Origin: Vallitalea sp.
Lineage (GTDB): Bacteria > Bacillota > Clostridia > Lachnospirales > Vallitaleaceae
Reading direction: 5' to 3'
Length of the DNA stretch: 64,000 bases
Assembly: GCA_025210235.1 (NCBI GenBank)
Contig: JAOASG010000034.1
Coordinates: forward strand, 63,922-127,921
Shown here one piece after another: positions 12,364 to 21,203 of this stretch. How positions within the stretch are numbered: the stretch's first letter is position 1; each line of letters starts with the position of its first letter. Both the position numbers and the translations under genes were made by a program. Under the pieces are notes generated by a model, which made no database searches, was not told the origin of the DNA, and saw nothing but the letters and a program-made list of their open reading frames with translations.

Positions 12364-12375
12364 TATATATACTAT

Positions 12376-12410
12376 AAACGGAGGGATTATATCTCTTCGT
12401 TTTTCATTTT
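12376..12410 (+). terminator. rho-independent terminator
   Basis: AAACGGAGGG-attatat-CTCTTCGTTT stem-loop followed by TTTTCATTTTT. Confidence 0.55.
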
Positions 12411-12653
12411 TATCTTTTCTTATGTTTTCGAAAAATTTTTCAAAAATCTATTTTTCTAATATGATATTAATGTTATAATAAATTATGTACAGGTATCATT
12501 CATAAGTAATTACACCTGTTTAACTTAAAAAATAAATATAGATTTTGATATAATGAACAATAAATTGTAATAAACATTGTATTCTAAATTTACTATAAAT
12601 AATAGTATATGTTTTTATAATGAACATAGCTCAATTTAATAATAATTTAGTAG

Positions 12654-12683
12654 GTAATTGCACAATTTTATTTATGCAATTAC
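12654..12683 (+). promoter_or_regulatory. 9-bp inverted repeat GTAATTGCA-N12-TGCAATTAC immediately upstream of the cdaA RBS
   Basis: Perfect dyad at 12654-12662 and 12675-12683. An extended -10 (TGATATAAT) lies at 12546-12554. Confidence 0.4.
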
Positions 12684-12714
12684 TTAATAATTTCAGATAA
12701 AGAAGGTGTAATAC

Positions 12715-13581
12715 TTGAACAATTTGGATGTGTTTTGGGAAAATTTAAAATTAATACAATTAGAATTTCCTGTGATAAAACCTAAAGATTTAATAGAGAT
12801 AGCTTTAATAGCATTTGTAATTTATCAACTCCTGAAATGGGTAAGAGGCACTAGAGCGTGGACATTGTTTAAAGGAATGTTGATAATTTTTATTATAGCA
12901 TTTTTATCCATGATACTTAACCTTAATACAATTATGTTTATTTTTGTTAAGACCATTAATACTGGAATTATTGCGTTGCTAATTGTTTTTCAGCCAGAAC
13001 TTAGGAGTGCTTTAGAACAACTAGGACGTAGAAATTTATTTTCAACTTTTATGATATTTGATGAGCAAAAAGAAAAAAAAGAAAAACTTTCTTTAAAATC
13101 AATTCATGGAATTGTAAAAGCAACTGAGGAAATGGCTAAATATAAAACAGGGGCTCTTATAGTTATAGAAAAAGAAGTAAGACTTGGAGAATATGAAAGA
13201 ACAGGAATACCAATTAATGCGATTATTTCTAAAGAATTACTGATTAATATATTTGAACATAATACACCACTGCATGATGGAGCTATTATAATAAGAGATA
13301 ATAAAATTGTTGCTGCAACTTGTTATTTACCCTTATCAGATAATATGAGCCTTAGTAAAGAGTTAGGGACAAGACATAGAGCAGCAGTTGGTATAAGTGA
13401 AGTTTCTGATAGTATCGTTATTATTATTTCAGAAGAAACTGGGAAAGTATCTATGGCAATGGGTGGTAATATTATTAGAAATGTAGATAGTGATTACTTA
13501 ACTAATAAATTAATCTATCATAAAAAAACAGCTGAAATTAAGAAATTTAAAATATGGAAAGGTAGACAGAAGAATGGGTAA
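12715..13581 (+). CDS. cdaA: diadenylate cyclase CdaA (c-di-AMP synthase)
   Basis: 288 aa with N-terminal TM helices and a DisA_N/DAC domain (DGA and RHRAA motifs). The start codon is TTG, preceded by an AGAAGG RBS. Confidence 0.88.
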   Translation: MNNLDVFWENLKLIQLEFPVIKPKDLIEIALIAFVIYQLLKWVRGTRAWTLFKGMLIIFIIAFLSMILNLNTIMFIFVKTINTGIIALLIVFQPELRSALEQLGRRNLFSTFMIFDEQKEKKEKLSLKSIHGIVKATEEMAKYKTGALIVIEKEVRLGEYERTGIPINAIISKELLINIFEHNTPLHDGAIIIRDNKIVAATCYLPLSDNMSLSKELGTRHRAAVGISEVSDSIVIIISEETGKVSMAMGGNIIRNVDSDYLTNKLIYHKKTAEIKKFKIWKGRQKNG

Positions 13582-14920
13582 TGTATTTACAAGGAATATA
13601 GGGTGGAAGATTGTATCTATCGTGTTAGCCTTTTTTATTTGGTTTGCTGTTGTACGTTTTGAAGATCCATATGAAACTGAGTCATTTACACATATTCCTG
13701 TTACCGTACTTAATGCAGAAGTAATTACTTCAAAAAATCAATATATCAATTTTATAGAAGGACAATATGTGGATGTAATTTTACGTGGTAAACGATCGAT
13801 AATAGAGAACTTAAAAAATGAAGATATTAAAGCTTCTGTTGATATGAAATATTTATCTTATACAGATGCACTAGTTATTAATATTAATACAGAATATGAA
13901 GAAGCTATTGAAGTAATTAGAAAAAGTCCAGAAAATATGCGTATAATTAGAGAAAATGTTAAGACTGATATTAGAAAAGTTACATATGAATTAGAAGGTA
14001 GCCCAAAAGAGTCATATGTATATTTAGATCCAATAATTACTCCAAATACTATAGAAATTAAAGGACCAGAATCAAAAATTGCTTTAGTTAGACAGGTTAA
14101 GGTTAATATTAGAATAGATGATGCAACTACTGATAGGACCGCAGTTGGTTTAATAAAATTACTTGATCAAAGTGGTAACGAAGTAGATAATATTGAAAAA
14201 AGTGTAGATGAAGTTAATATTCAAGTTCCTATTAAAAAGTTGAAAAAAGTAAATCTTACAGTAAATCCTATTGGTAAGGTACCTAATGGATTTAAGTTGA
14301 CAGGAAGTCAAGTTATACCAAATATGATAACACTTATAGGTAGTGAAGAAAAAATAGATAAAATTAGTAATATTGCATTAGATATTTCTCTTAATGATCT
14401 AACCAAAGATACAACAAAAGAATTTAATTTAAGTGCAATACTACCAGATGGTATATCTAGATATAAAGAAAGTAATACAGTATCAGTAAATCTTAACATA
14501 GATAAAGTTCAAGATAGGCAAATTAAGATAGCGCCTCATGATGATATAAGTATAGAAAAACTACCTGAAGACCTTAATATATCTATTATTAATAAAGAAA
14601 GTTTTAAAATAGTATTTAGAGGAATTCAAGAAGATTTAAATAAAATAAATATTTTTACACTCAATCCAAAAGTTAATCTAAATAATTTAACAGAAGATCG
14701 ACATGAAGTAATGCTTAAACTTCAATATCCAAAAGAAGTAGAACTTATAACAGAACCACCAAAAGTTATTATTGAATTAACAAAACGTAAAGAGCAAGTT
14801 AATGAAAATAATGATAGTAATGATAATAGTAATAATAATAGTAGTAATAATAGCAATAATAATGATAATAGTGATAATAATGGTAGTGATAAAATTAAAG
14901 AACCTATAATAGAAGAATAA
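13574..14920 (+). CDS. cdaR: CdaA regulatory protein CdaR (YbbR-domain protein)
   Basis: 448 aa with an N-terminal TM helix and repeated YbbR-like domains. It overlaps cdaA by 8 bp. The C-terminal tail is low-complexity and Asn/Ser/Asp-rich. Confidence 0.8.
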   Translation: MGNVFTRNIGWKIVSIVLAFFIWFAVVRFEDPYETESFTHIPVTVLNAEVITSKNQYINFIEGQYVDVILRGKRSIIENLKNEDIKASVDMKYLSYTDALVININTEYEEAIEVIRKSPENMRIIRENVKTDIRKVTYELEGSPKESYVYLDPIITPNTIEIKGPESKIALVRQVKVNIRIDDATTDRTAVGLIKLLDQSGNEVDNIEKSVDEVNIQVPIKKLKKVNLTVNPIGKVPNGFKLTGSQVIPNMITLIGSEEKIDKISNIALDISLNDLTKDTTKEFNLSAILPDGISRYKESNTVSVNLNIDKVQDRQIKIAPHDDISIEKLPEDLNISIINKESFKIVFRGIQEDLNKINIFTLNPKVNLNNLTEDRHEVMLKLQYPKEVELITEPPKVIIELTKRKEQVNENNDSNDNSNNNSSNNSNNNDNSDNNGSDKIKEPIIEE

Positions 14921-14928
14921 CATATATT

Positions 14929-14956
14929 GAGTGTGCATGATGCACACTTTTTTTTC
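14929..14956 (+). terminator. rho-independent terminator after cdaR
   Basis: GTGTGC-atgat-GCACAC followed by a T8 run. Confidence 0.7.
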
Positions 14957-15056
14957 GCCTATACCTTCTAATCCAATAAGGGAATAGGAACAATAAATTT
15001 GTATGAAGCATACTTTATAGTATACCAATTGTAAAAGTGGTATATACCATGTGGTG

Positions 15057-15072
15057 AAATGGGGTCCCATTT
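15057..15072. promoter_or_regulatory. 16-bp dyad AAATGGGGTCCCATTT abutting the glmM promoter
   Basis: Half-sites 7+7 bp, lying 14 bp upstream of the -35 element. Candidate operator. Confidence 0.35.
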
Positions 15073-15085
15073 ATTGCATATTTTA

Positions 15086-15114
15086 TTGAAGGGAGAAAAT
15101 GGGAGTGCTATAAT
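15086..15114 (+). promoter_or_regulatory. sigma-A-type promoter for glmM (TTGAAG-17-TATAAT)
   Basis: TTGAAG at 15086-15091 and TATAAT at 15109-15114, with a 17-nt spacer. Confidence 0.55.
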
Positions 15115-15207
15115 TGTAAAAGTGTAGAGAATATTTTAAAAAAAAATACAATAAAAGACTTATAATTTGTTTAATTTATATTAGTAAAATGAGAGAGGAA
15201 ACTAAAT

Positions 15208-16557
15208 ATGGGTATATTATTTGGAACAGATGGTGTAAGAGGAATTGCAAACAAAGAACTTACTATAGAAATGGCATTTAAGTTAGGGCAAGCAGGAGCA
15301 CATGTACTGACTAAAGAAAATAAACATAAACCAACCATATTAATAGGCAGAGATACAAGAATTTCTGGAGAGATGTTAGAAGCGGCACTTATTTCAGGTA
15401 TATGCTCAGTTGGAGCCAATGCCGTTAGTATAGGAATAGTACCTACTCCAGCCGTAGCTTATTTAACAAAATTATATAATGCAGATGCAGGAGTAGTTAT
15501 TTCGGCGTCACACAATCCAGTAGAATATAATGGAATAAAATTTTTCAATAATAAAGGTTATAAACTGTCTGATCAATTAGAAGATGAAATTGAAGATATA
15601 ATGTTGCGTAGCTATGATAAAATAGAACTTCCTACAGGTACAAAGATAGGAAGGGTAAAGCATAAAAAAGAAAGTATTACAGACTATATTAATTATATTA
15701 AAAGTACAATTGATATGAATTTAGAAGGCATGAAGATAGTTATTGATTGTGCTAATGGTGCTTCCTATGTATCAGCTCCTGAAACATTAAGACAGTTAGG
15801 TGCAGAAGTGTTTATTATTCATAATGAGCCGGATGGAACAAATATTAATAAAAAATGCGGATCAACACACATGAAAGATTTACAGCATTTTGTAACACAA
15901 GTTGGAGCAGATATTGGTTTTGCTTATGACGGAGACGCAGATAGATGTCTTGCAGTAGATGAACTTGGTAATATAATTGATGGGGATCAAATTATGGCTA
16001 TCTGTGGATTATATATGAAAAGACAAGGAAAATTGTGTAAAGATACTGTAGTTGCTACTGTTATGAGCAATCTTGGATTTTTTATTATGGGTAAAGAGAA
16101 GGATATACATATAGAACAAACAAAAGTTGGGGATAGATACGTATTAGAAAAGATGATGGAAGAAGGATATAATTTAGGTGGAGAACAGTCTGGACATATT
16201 ATATTTTTAGACGAAAACACTACAGGCGATGGACTTCTTACTTCTTTACATCTATTAGAAGCACTCAAAAACTCAGATAAAAAATTATCTGAACTAGCAC
16301 AAGTAATGGAAGTATTACCACAAGTTTTAGTAAATGCAAAGGTTACTAATGGTAATAAATACAGTTATTTAGAAGATGAAGTTATAAAAGATGAAATTGG
16401 TAAATTAGAAGAAAAGTTTGATGGTGAAGGTAGAGTTTTAATTAGACCTTCTGGAACAGAACCATTAATTCGAGTAATGATAGAAGGAAAAAATCAAGAT
16501 ATACTTCTTGAGGAAGCAAAATCACTAGCTTCTTTGATTGAAAATAGATTAAATTAG
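15208..16557 (+). CDS. glmM: phosphoglucosamine mutase
   Basis: 449 aa with the active-site SASHNP motif and an [13 protein letters not shown]-terminus. Confidence 0.92.
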   Translation: MGILFGTDGVRGIANKELTIEMAFKLGQAGAHVLTKENKHKPTILIGRDTRISGEMLEAALISGICSVGANAVSIGIVPTPAVAYLTKLYNADAGVVISASHNPVEYNGIKFFNNKGYKLSDQLEDEIEDIMLRSYDKIELPTGTKIGRVKHKKESITDYINYIKSTIDMNLEGMKIVIDCANGASYVSAPETLRQLGAEVFIIHNEPDGTNINKKCGSTHMKDLQHFVTQVGADIGFAYDGDADRCLAVDELGNIIDGDQIMAICGLYMKRQGKLCKDTVVATVMSNLGFFIMGKEKDIHIEQTKVGDRYVLEKMMEEGYNLGGEQSGHIIFLDENTTGDGLLTSLHLLEALKNSDKKLSELAQVMEVLPQVLVNAKVTNGNKYSYLEDEVIKDEIGKLEEKFDGEGRVLIRPSGTEPLIRVMIEGKNQDILLEEAKSLASLIENRLN

Positions 16558-16567
16558 ATAAGTAACT

Positions 16568-16718
16568 CAAACTTCGCACTTCATAAATTTCTGTGAAGTA
16601 AACTAAATTAAGGATTTCATCAACAATAAAAATACAGATGATCCTACGTTTTTTATTGTTGATGATAAACTCATAAGCCTATATTTTGCTGAACTTAAAG
16701 TCAAAGTGCGAAGTTTGA
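16568..16718 (+). repeat. 151-bp element bounded by perfect 14-bp terminal inverted repeats (TCAAACTTCGCACT / AGTGCGAAGTTTGA), with internal hairpins, in the glmM-glmS spacer
   Basis: TIRs at 16568-16581 and 16705-16718. Nested palindromes ACTTCATAAATTTCTGTGAAGT and CATCAACAATAAAAA…TTTTTATTGTTGATG. A shortened inverted copy lies at 32621-32683. Confidence 0.6.
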
Positions 16719-16761
16719 TTAAGAGAATAAAAGTATAAATAAGTATTAGGAGGACATTAGT

Positions 16762-18594
16762 GTGTGTGGTATAGTTGGATATATAGGTAATAAAGAAGCG
16801 GCACCTATTTTAATTAATGGGTTAAAAAGTTTAGAATATAGAGGATATGATTCTGCAGGAATCTCTATATATGACAATAAGATAAATTCAGTAAAAACAA
16901 AAGGAAGATTAATTAATTTAGAAGAGCGTTTAAGTAATAACCAGTTAAATGGAACTATTGGGATAGGTCATACTCGTTGGGCTACTCATGGAGAACCTTC
17001 AGATATTAATTCACATCCTCATATGAATAGTACTAGTACGATATCATTGGTTCATAATGGAATTATTGAAAACTACATGACAATAAAAGAAAAATTACAG
17101 TTAAAGGGACAAGAGTTTGTATCTGAAACTGATACAGAAGTAGCAGTTCAGTTGATAGATTATTATTATAAAAAGAATAATAATTTATTAGATTCTGTTT
17201 TAAAAGCTATGGAAAAAATTGAAGGCTCTTATGCTTTTGGAGTAATATGTAATGATGAACCTGATAAAATAATTGCAGTTAGAAAAGATAGTCCATTAAT
17301 AATTGGAATTGGTAAAGGGGAAAATTATATAGCATCTGATATTCCTGCTATTTTAGAACATACAAGAGACGTATATCTATTAGAAGATAAAGAAATTGCA
17401 ATTGTAACAAAAGATAATGTTAAAATAATAGATACTGATAAAAATGAAGTAAAAAGAGATATTTATAATGTTACTTGGGATATTAAAGCTGCTAGAAAAG
17501 ATGGATATGAACATTTTATGTTAAAAGAAATTTTTGAACAACCAAAAGTTGTAAAAGATACTTTATCCCCAAGATTGCCTCTTGATATTGATGATATAGT
17601 TCTTGATGATATTAATTTATCCAAAGAGGTTATTAAAAAGATAAATAAAATATATATAGTAGCTTGTGGTACAGCTTCATATACTGGTTTAGTAGGTAAG
17701 TATTTAATTGAAAGAGTAGCTAGAATACCTGTAGTTGCAGAGGTAGCATCGGAATTTCGATATAGAGAACCTATAATTGATGAAAATACTTTAATGATTG
17801 TTGTTTCACAATCAGGTGAAACAGCGGATACTCTTGCAGCACTTCGTCTTGCAAAGAAAGCGGGAGCATATGTAATTGGGATTGTTAATGTAGTGGGGTC
17901 TACAATATCAAGAATTGCAGATGATGTTTTGTATACTTGGGCAGGTCCAGAAATAGCAGTAGCGTCAACTAAAGCATATTCAGCTCAATTATGTGCTATG
18001 TATCTACTCTCAATAAAGATAGCTATGGAATTTGGAAATATTTCAAAAGAAGAATTTTTACTTCTTAGAGAAGAGTTATATACTTTACCTGATAAGGTAT
18101 CTAAAATATTAGAGCAAGCAGATACTATTAAAAAATTAGCTAATAAATACATTAACTCTAAAAATGTATTTTATATTGGTAGAGGTCTTGACTATGCAGT
18201 ATCAATGGAAGGTGCTCTTAAATTAAAAGAGATTGCTTACCTTCATGCAGAACCTTATGCAGCTGGTGAGTTAAAACATGGTCCAATTGCACTTATTGAA
18301 GATAATTCACTTTTAGTTGCTCTTACAGGTCATGAAGAGCTTTTTGATAAGACAGTTAGTAATATAAAAGAAGTTAAAGCTAGAGGTGCTAAAGTGTTAG
18401 CTATTGCTTTAGAAGGTAATACAGAGATAAGTAAGATTGCTAATGATGTAATTTATGTACCAAGAACTAACTGGATGTTTACATCATTACTTGAAAACAT
18501 TCCACAACAAATATTTGCTTATTATATTTCAGTTGGACTGGGTAATGATGTTGATAAGCCAAGGAATTTGGCTAAGAGTGTGACTGTTGAGTAG
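16762..18594 (+). CDS. glmS: glutamine--fructose-6-phosphate aminotransferase (isomerising)
   Basis: 610 aa with GTG start, Cys1 (MCGIVGY), an Ntn amidotransferase domain and two SIS domains. An AGGAGG RBS is present. Confidence 0.93.
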   Translation: MCGIVGYIGNKEAAPILINGLKSLEYRGYDSAGISIYDNKINSVKTKGRLINLEERLSNNQLNGTIGIGHTRWATHGEPSDINSHPHMNSTSTISLVHNGIIENYMTIKEKLQLKGQEFVSETDTEVAVQLIDYYYKKNNNLLDSVLKAMEKIEGSYAFGVICNDEPDKIIAVRKDSPLIIGIGKGENYIASDIPAILEHTRDVYLLEDKEIAIVTKDNVKIIDTDKNEVKRDIYNVTWDIKAARKDGYEHFMLKEIFEQPKVVKDTLSPRLPLDIDDIVLDDINLSKEVIKKINKIYIVACGTASYTGLVGKYLIERVARIPVVAEVASEFRYREPIIDENTLMIVVSQSGETADTLAALRLAKKAGAYVIGIVNVVGSTISRIADDVLYTWAGPEIAVASTKAYSAQLCAMYLLSIKIAMEFGNISKEEFLLLREELYTLPDKVSKILEQADTIKKLANKYINSKNVFYIGRGLDYAVSMEGALKLKEIAYLHAEPYAAGELKHGPIALIEDNSLLVALTGHEELFDKTVSNIKEVKARGAKVLAIALEGNTEISKIANDVIYVPRTNWMFTSLLENIPQQIFAYYISVGLGNDVDKPRNLAKSVTVE

Positions 18595-18671
18595 TGAATT
18601 TTGGTTAAATAATATATATTGTAGACTTACAACAAAGTTGTTAAATAAACAATAAAGTTGTTAAATTAGTA

Positions 18672-18708
18672 AATCATGGTTTATCATAAATAGACCATGA
18701 TTTTTTTA
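18672..18708 (+). terminator. rho-independent terminator after glmS
   Basis: AATCATGGT with a 13-nt loop and ACCATGATT, followed by a T7 run. Confidence 0.7.
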
Positions 18709-18775
18709 GAATTTAATAATATAATTTCAAATCACAAAATAAAAAGTTAAGAATCGATAAAAGGAAGGTGTTTAT

Positions 18776-18892
18776 GTGATTGAAATCATGCCACTAATAT
18801 ATGAAGATGAACATTTTATAGTTGGGATTGCAAGATATCATACTTTAAGTGGTAATAAGAAGCAAAAAATAAAAGAGGCTTTACAAGGATAA
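18776..18892 (+). pseudogene. short ORF or gene remnant (38 aa, GTG start) in the glmS-downstream spacer
   Basis: An AAGGAAGG RBS followed by GTG and a 38-codon ORF (…IEIMPLIYEDEHFIVGIARYHTLSGNKKQ…). It is too short for the ORF track and looks like a truncated N-terminus. Confidence 0.25.
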
Positions 18893-19134
18893 TATTGTTA
18901 TGATACCTCTACTCTAGTCAAAATATATAAAGGATAAACATAAATAATTCATTTAATTGGTTTAATTTAGATACTATACTAATCAAAGCATTACTTGATA
19001 ATGCTGGAACCTGGAATATACTGTAAGATATTAAGACAAAAAGCCTCAAGCATCACAGATGCATTGATATTAATAAAATGAGTTAAAATATTATGAGAAA
19101 TTACAAAAAACATATGGTCCATAACATAAATATA

Positions 19135-19143
19135 TGATATAAT
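19135..19143 (+). promoter_or_regulatory. extended -10 (TGATATAAT) promoter candidate for the methyltransferase gene
   Basis: TGnTATAAT lies 37 nt upstream of the start codon. The -35 element is weak. Confidence 0.4.
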
Positions 19144-19179
19144 ATATTGGGCAATAATTAAAAATTTGGGTGAGAAAAA

Positions 19180-21093
19180 ATGTCAAGAAAATTGATTGAA
19201 AATATAATTCCTATTAAAGAATTAAGTGAATTAGCGAAAAAAGAAGGAAACAGTAAAAAACCTGTATATAGAATTCATAAATGGTGGGCTAGAAGATTAG
19301 GCTGTATAGTTAGAGCGCTCTATATTGCATCAGAATTACATTACGATGCTACAGATGAAGAATTTTGGGATAGATTTTACTCAAAAAATACAAGTGACTT
19401 GACAGTTTTAGATCCATTTATGGGTGGAGGGACTACGTTAGTAGAAGCTAAAAAAATGGGTATGAAAACAATAGGTGTTGATGTTGACCCACTTGCATGT
19501 TTTATTACGAAAAAGGAATTAGAAGATTGTAATTTGGATAGGATAAAAAAACAATATGAAATAATAGAAAAAAATATAGCTGAAAAGATTTTGAAACTAT
19601 ATACAACACGAATAGATGATAAGGAATATGAGATAATAAACGTCTTTTGGGTTTATGAAATTGATTGCCCAGAATGTAATTCTAAGGTTAGAACACACCC
19701 TCATTATAAATTATATTATAATAAAGAACAACAATATGTATTTTGTTCAGAGTGTGGAGAAGTAGATGTTATTGATATTAGCAAAGAAATTCATACGTGT
19801 AAATCCTGTGGATCAAAAACTAATATTGATAATGGTACCTACAAAAGAGGTAAGTGTAAATGTAAAATATGTAATACAGATTTTTTATTAAGAGATAATG
19901 TTAAAGGTAATAGAAACCTTCGATTATTTGCTTTAGAATATTTAGATGGAGAAAAAAGACTATTTAAAAAAGCAGACTATCAGGATATCAAGAAATATAA
20001 TGAATTAGAAACATATGATTATGTCCAAATACCAAATGAAAAAATTCCAAATGAAGCTAGAAAAGATATGAGACCTATTAGCTATGGATATAATAATTAT
20101 GGAGAGTTATTTAATAAGAGGCAAAGAATTGCTTTATCAATAATTTATAATGAAATTAATAATATTAAAAACGCATCAATTAAAGAATGGTTTACTATAA
20201 CTTTTTCAGATGCATTAGCATGTAATAATATGTTATGCAATTATGCTTATGGATATAGAAAATTAACACCGCTATTTGGTATTCATGCATTTACTGTACC
20301 TGTTAGACCTGTTGAAAATAACGTTTGGGGAACTACATTTGGAAGAGGCTCATTCAAAAAAGTTTTTAATAAGACTATTAGAGCAAAAGAATACTGTCAA
20401 AATACATATGAATCTAAATATGAAAAGGGTAAGCATAAAAGGATATATACAGGAGAAAGTATAAAGGCAAAGGTGACTTCAAATCCTGTGACTTTTTATA
20501 AAGGGAAAAGGGATAGTTTAATATTAAATCGTAGTTCTGCTCAATTAAAAGCAGTAAGAGACAAAACAGTTGATATTATAATGACGGATCCTCCATATTA
20601 CGATAATCTAAACTATTCTGAACTTGCACATTTTTATTATCAGTGGATAAAAGAGGATATTTCTTATAAATGTGATGATTATATGGATAAATCTCTTCAT
20701 GTCAATGATTTAGTGGAGAACTATCATGAGTTATTTGTAGACCAATTAACAAAAGTATTTAAGCAGTGTTATAAGAAGCTAAAAGATGATGGTATTATGG
20801 TTTTTTCATATCATCATAACAAAGAAGAAGCTTGGCAGGCATTAGGTAAAGCGATATATACTGCAGACTTTAAAATAGTTAATGTGTTTCCTGTTTTATC
20901 AGAAGGTAATAGTGCATATCATTCATCTGAAGGAACTATAAAGTGGGATTCAATCTTAGTACTCAAAAAAGCAGATAATTGTAAGAACATAACTAAAAAG
21001 AACATAGAATATTGGAAGCGATATTTCAAAGATAATAATTTAGAATTAAAACAATGTGACATAAATAGTATTTTGCAGTCAATTAAAATATAA
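19180..21093 (+). CDS. DNA (N6-adenine/N4-cytosine) methyltransferase, split-motif DUF1156-like type with Zn-ribbon insert
   Basis: 637 aa. N-terminal KKPVYRIHKWWARRLG box. AdoMet motif I VLDPFMGGGTTLVEA at about aa 75-90. Four CxxC pairs (CPEC, CSEC, CKSC, CKIC) in the middle. Catalytic motif IV IMTDPPYYDN at about aa 465. Confidence 0.75.
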   Translation: MSRKLIENIIPIKELSELAKKEGNSKKPVYRIHKWWARRLGCIVRALYIASELHYDATDEEFWDRFYSKNTSDLTVLDPFMGGGTTLVEAKKMGMKTIGVDVDPLACFITKKELEDCNLDRIKKQYEIIEKNIAEKILKLYTTRIDDKEYEIINVFWVYEIDCPECNSKVRTHPHYKLYYNKEQQYVFCSECGEVDVIDISKEIHTCKSCGSKTNIDNGTYKRGKCKCKICNTDFLLRDNVKGNRNLRLFALEYLDGEKRLFKKADYQDIKKYNELETYDYVQIPNEKIPNEARKDMRPISYGYNNYGELFNKRQRIALSIIYNEINNIKNASIKEWFTITFSDALACNNMLCNYAYGYRKLTPLFGIHAFTVPVRPVENNVWGTTFGRGSFKKVFNKTIRAKEYCQNTYESKYEKGKHKRIYTGESIKAKVTSNPVTFYKGKRDSLILNRSSAQLKAVRDKTVDIIMTDPPYYDNLNYSELAHFYYQWIKEDISYKCDDYMDKSLHVNDLVENYHELFVDQLTKVFKQCYKKLKDDGIMVFSYHHNKEEAWQALGKAIYTADFKIVNVFPVLSEGNSAYHSSEGTIKWDSILVLKKADNCKNITKKNIEYWKRYFKDNNLELKQCDINSILQSIKI

Positions 21094-21203
21094 AAGATTG
21101 ATATATTTAATAGAAAAAATAACTAAAGATAACATTAGTTGTTTTTTTTTGTATTTTTGTGTAAAATAATATTAGAGTATAAAAAATTAGAAAGGAGCAC
21201 ATA

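Noticed and set aside
14800-14900. Possible CRISPR array or short tandem DNA repeat (AATAAT/AGTAAT periodicity)
   Set aside because: This is coding low-complexity sequence for the Asn/Ser/Asp tail of CdaR. There are no repeat-spacer units and no cas genes.
14777-15070. 97-aa minus-strand ORF spanning the cdaR 3' end and the spacer
   Set aside because: It is antisense to the low-complexity (AAT/AAC-rich) tail of cdaR and runs across a terminator and a promoter. It has no RBS and is a typical spurious ORF of an AT-rich frame.
16558-16761. Possible glmS ribozyme upstream of glmS, given a weak resemblance to the P3/P4 string TAAGGATTTCATCAA
   Set aside because: None of the invariant core segments (AGCGCCAGAACU, GACGAGG, UUAUCGAAUU) are present. 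The region is instead explained by a TIR-bounded repeat element.
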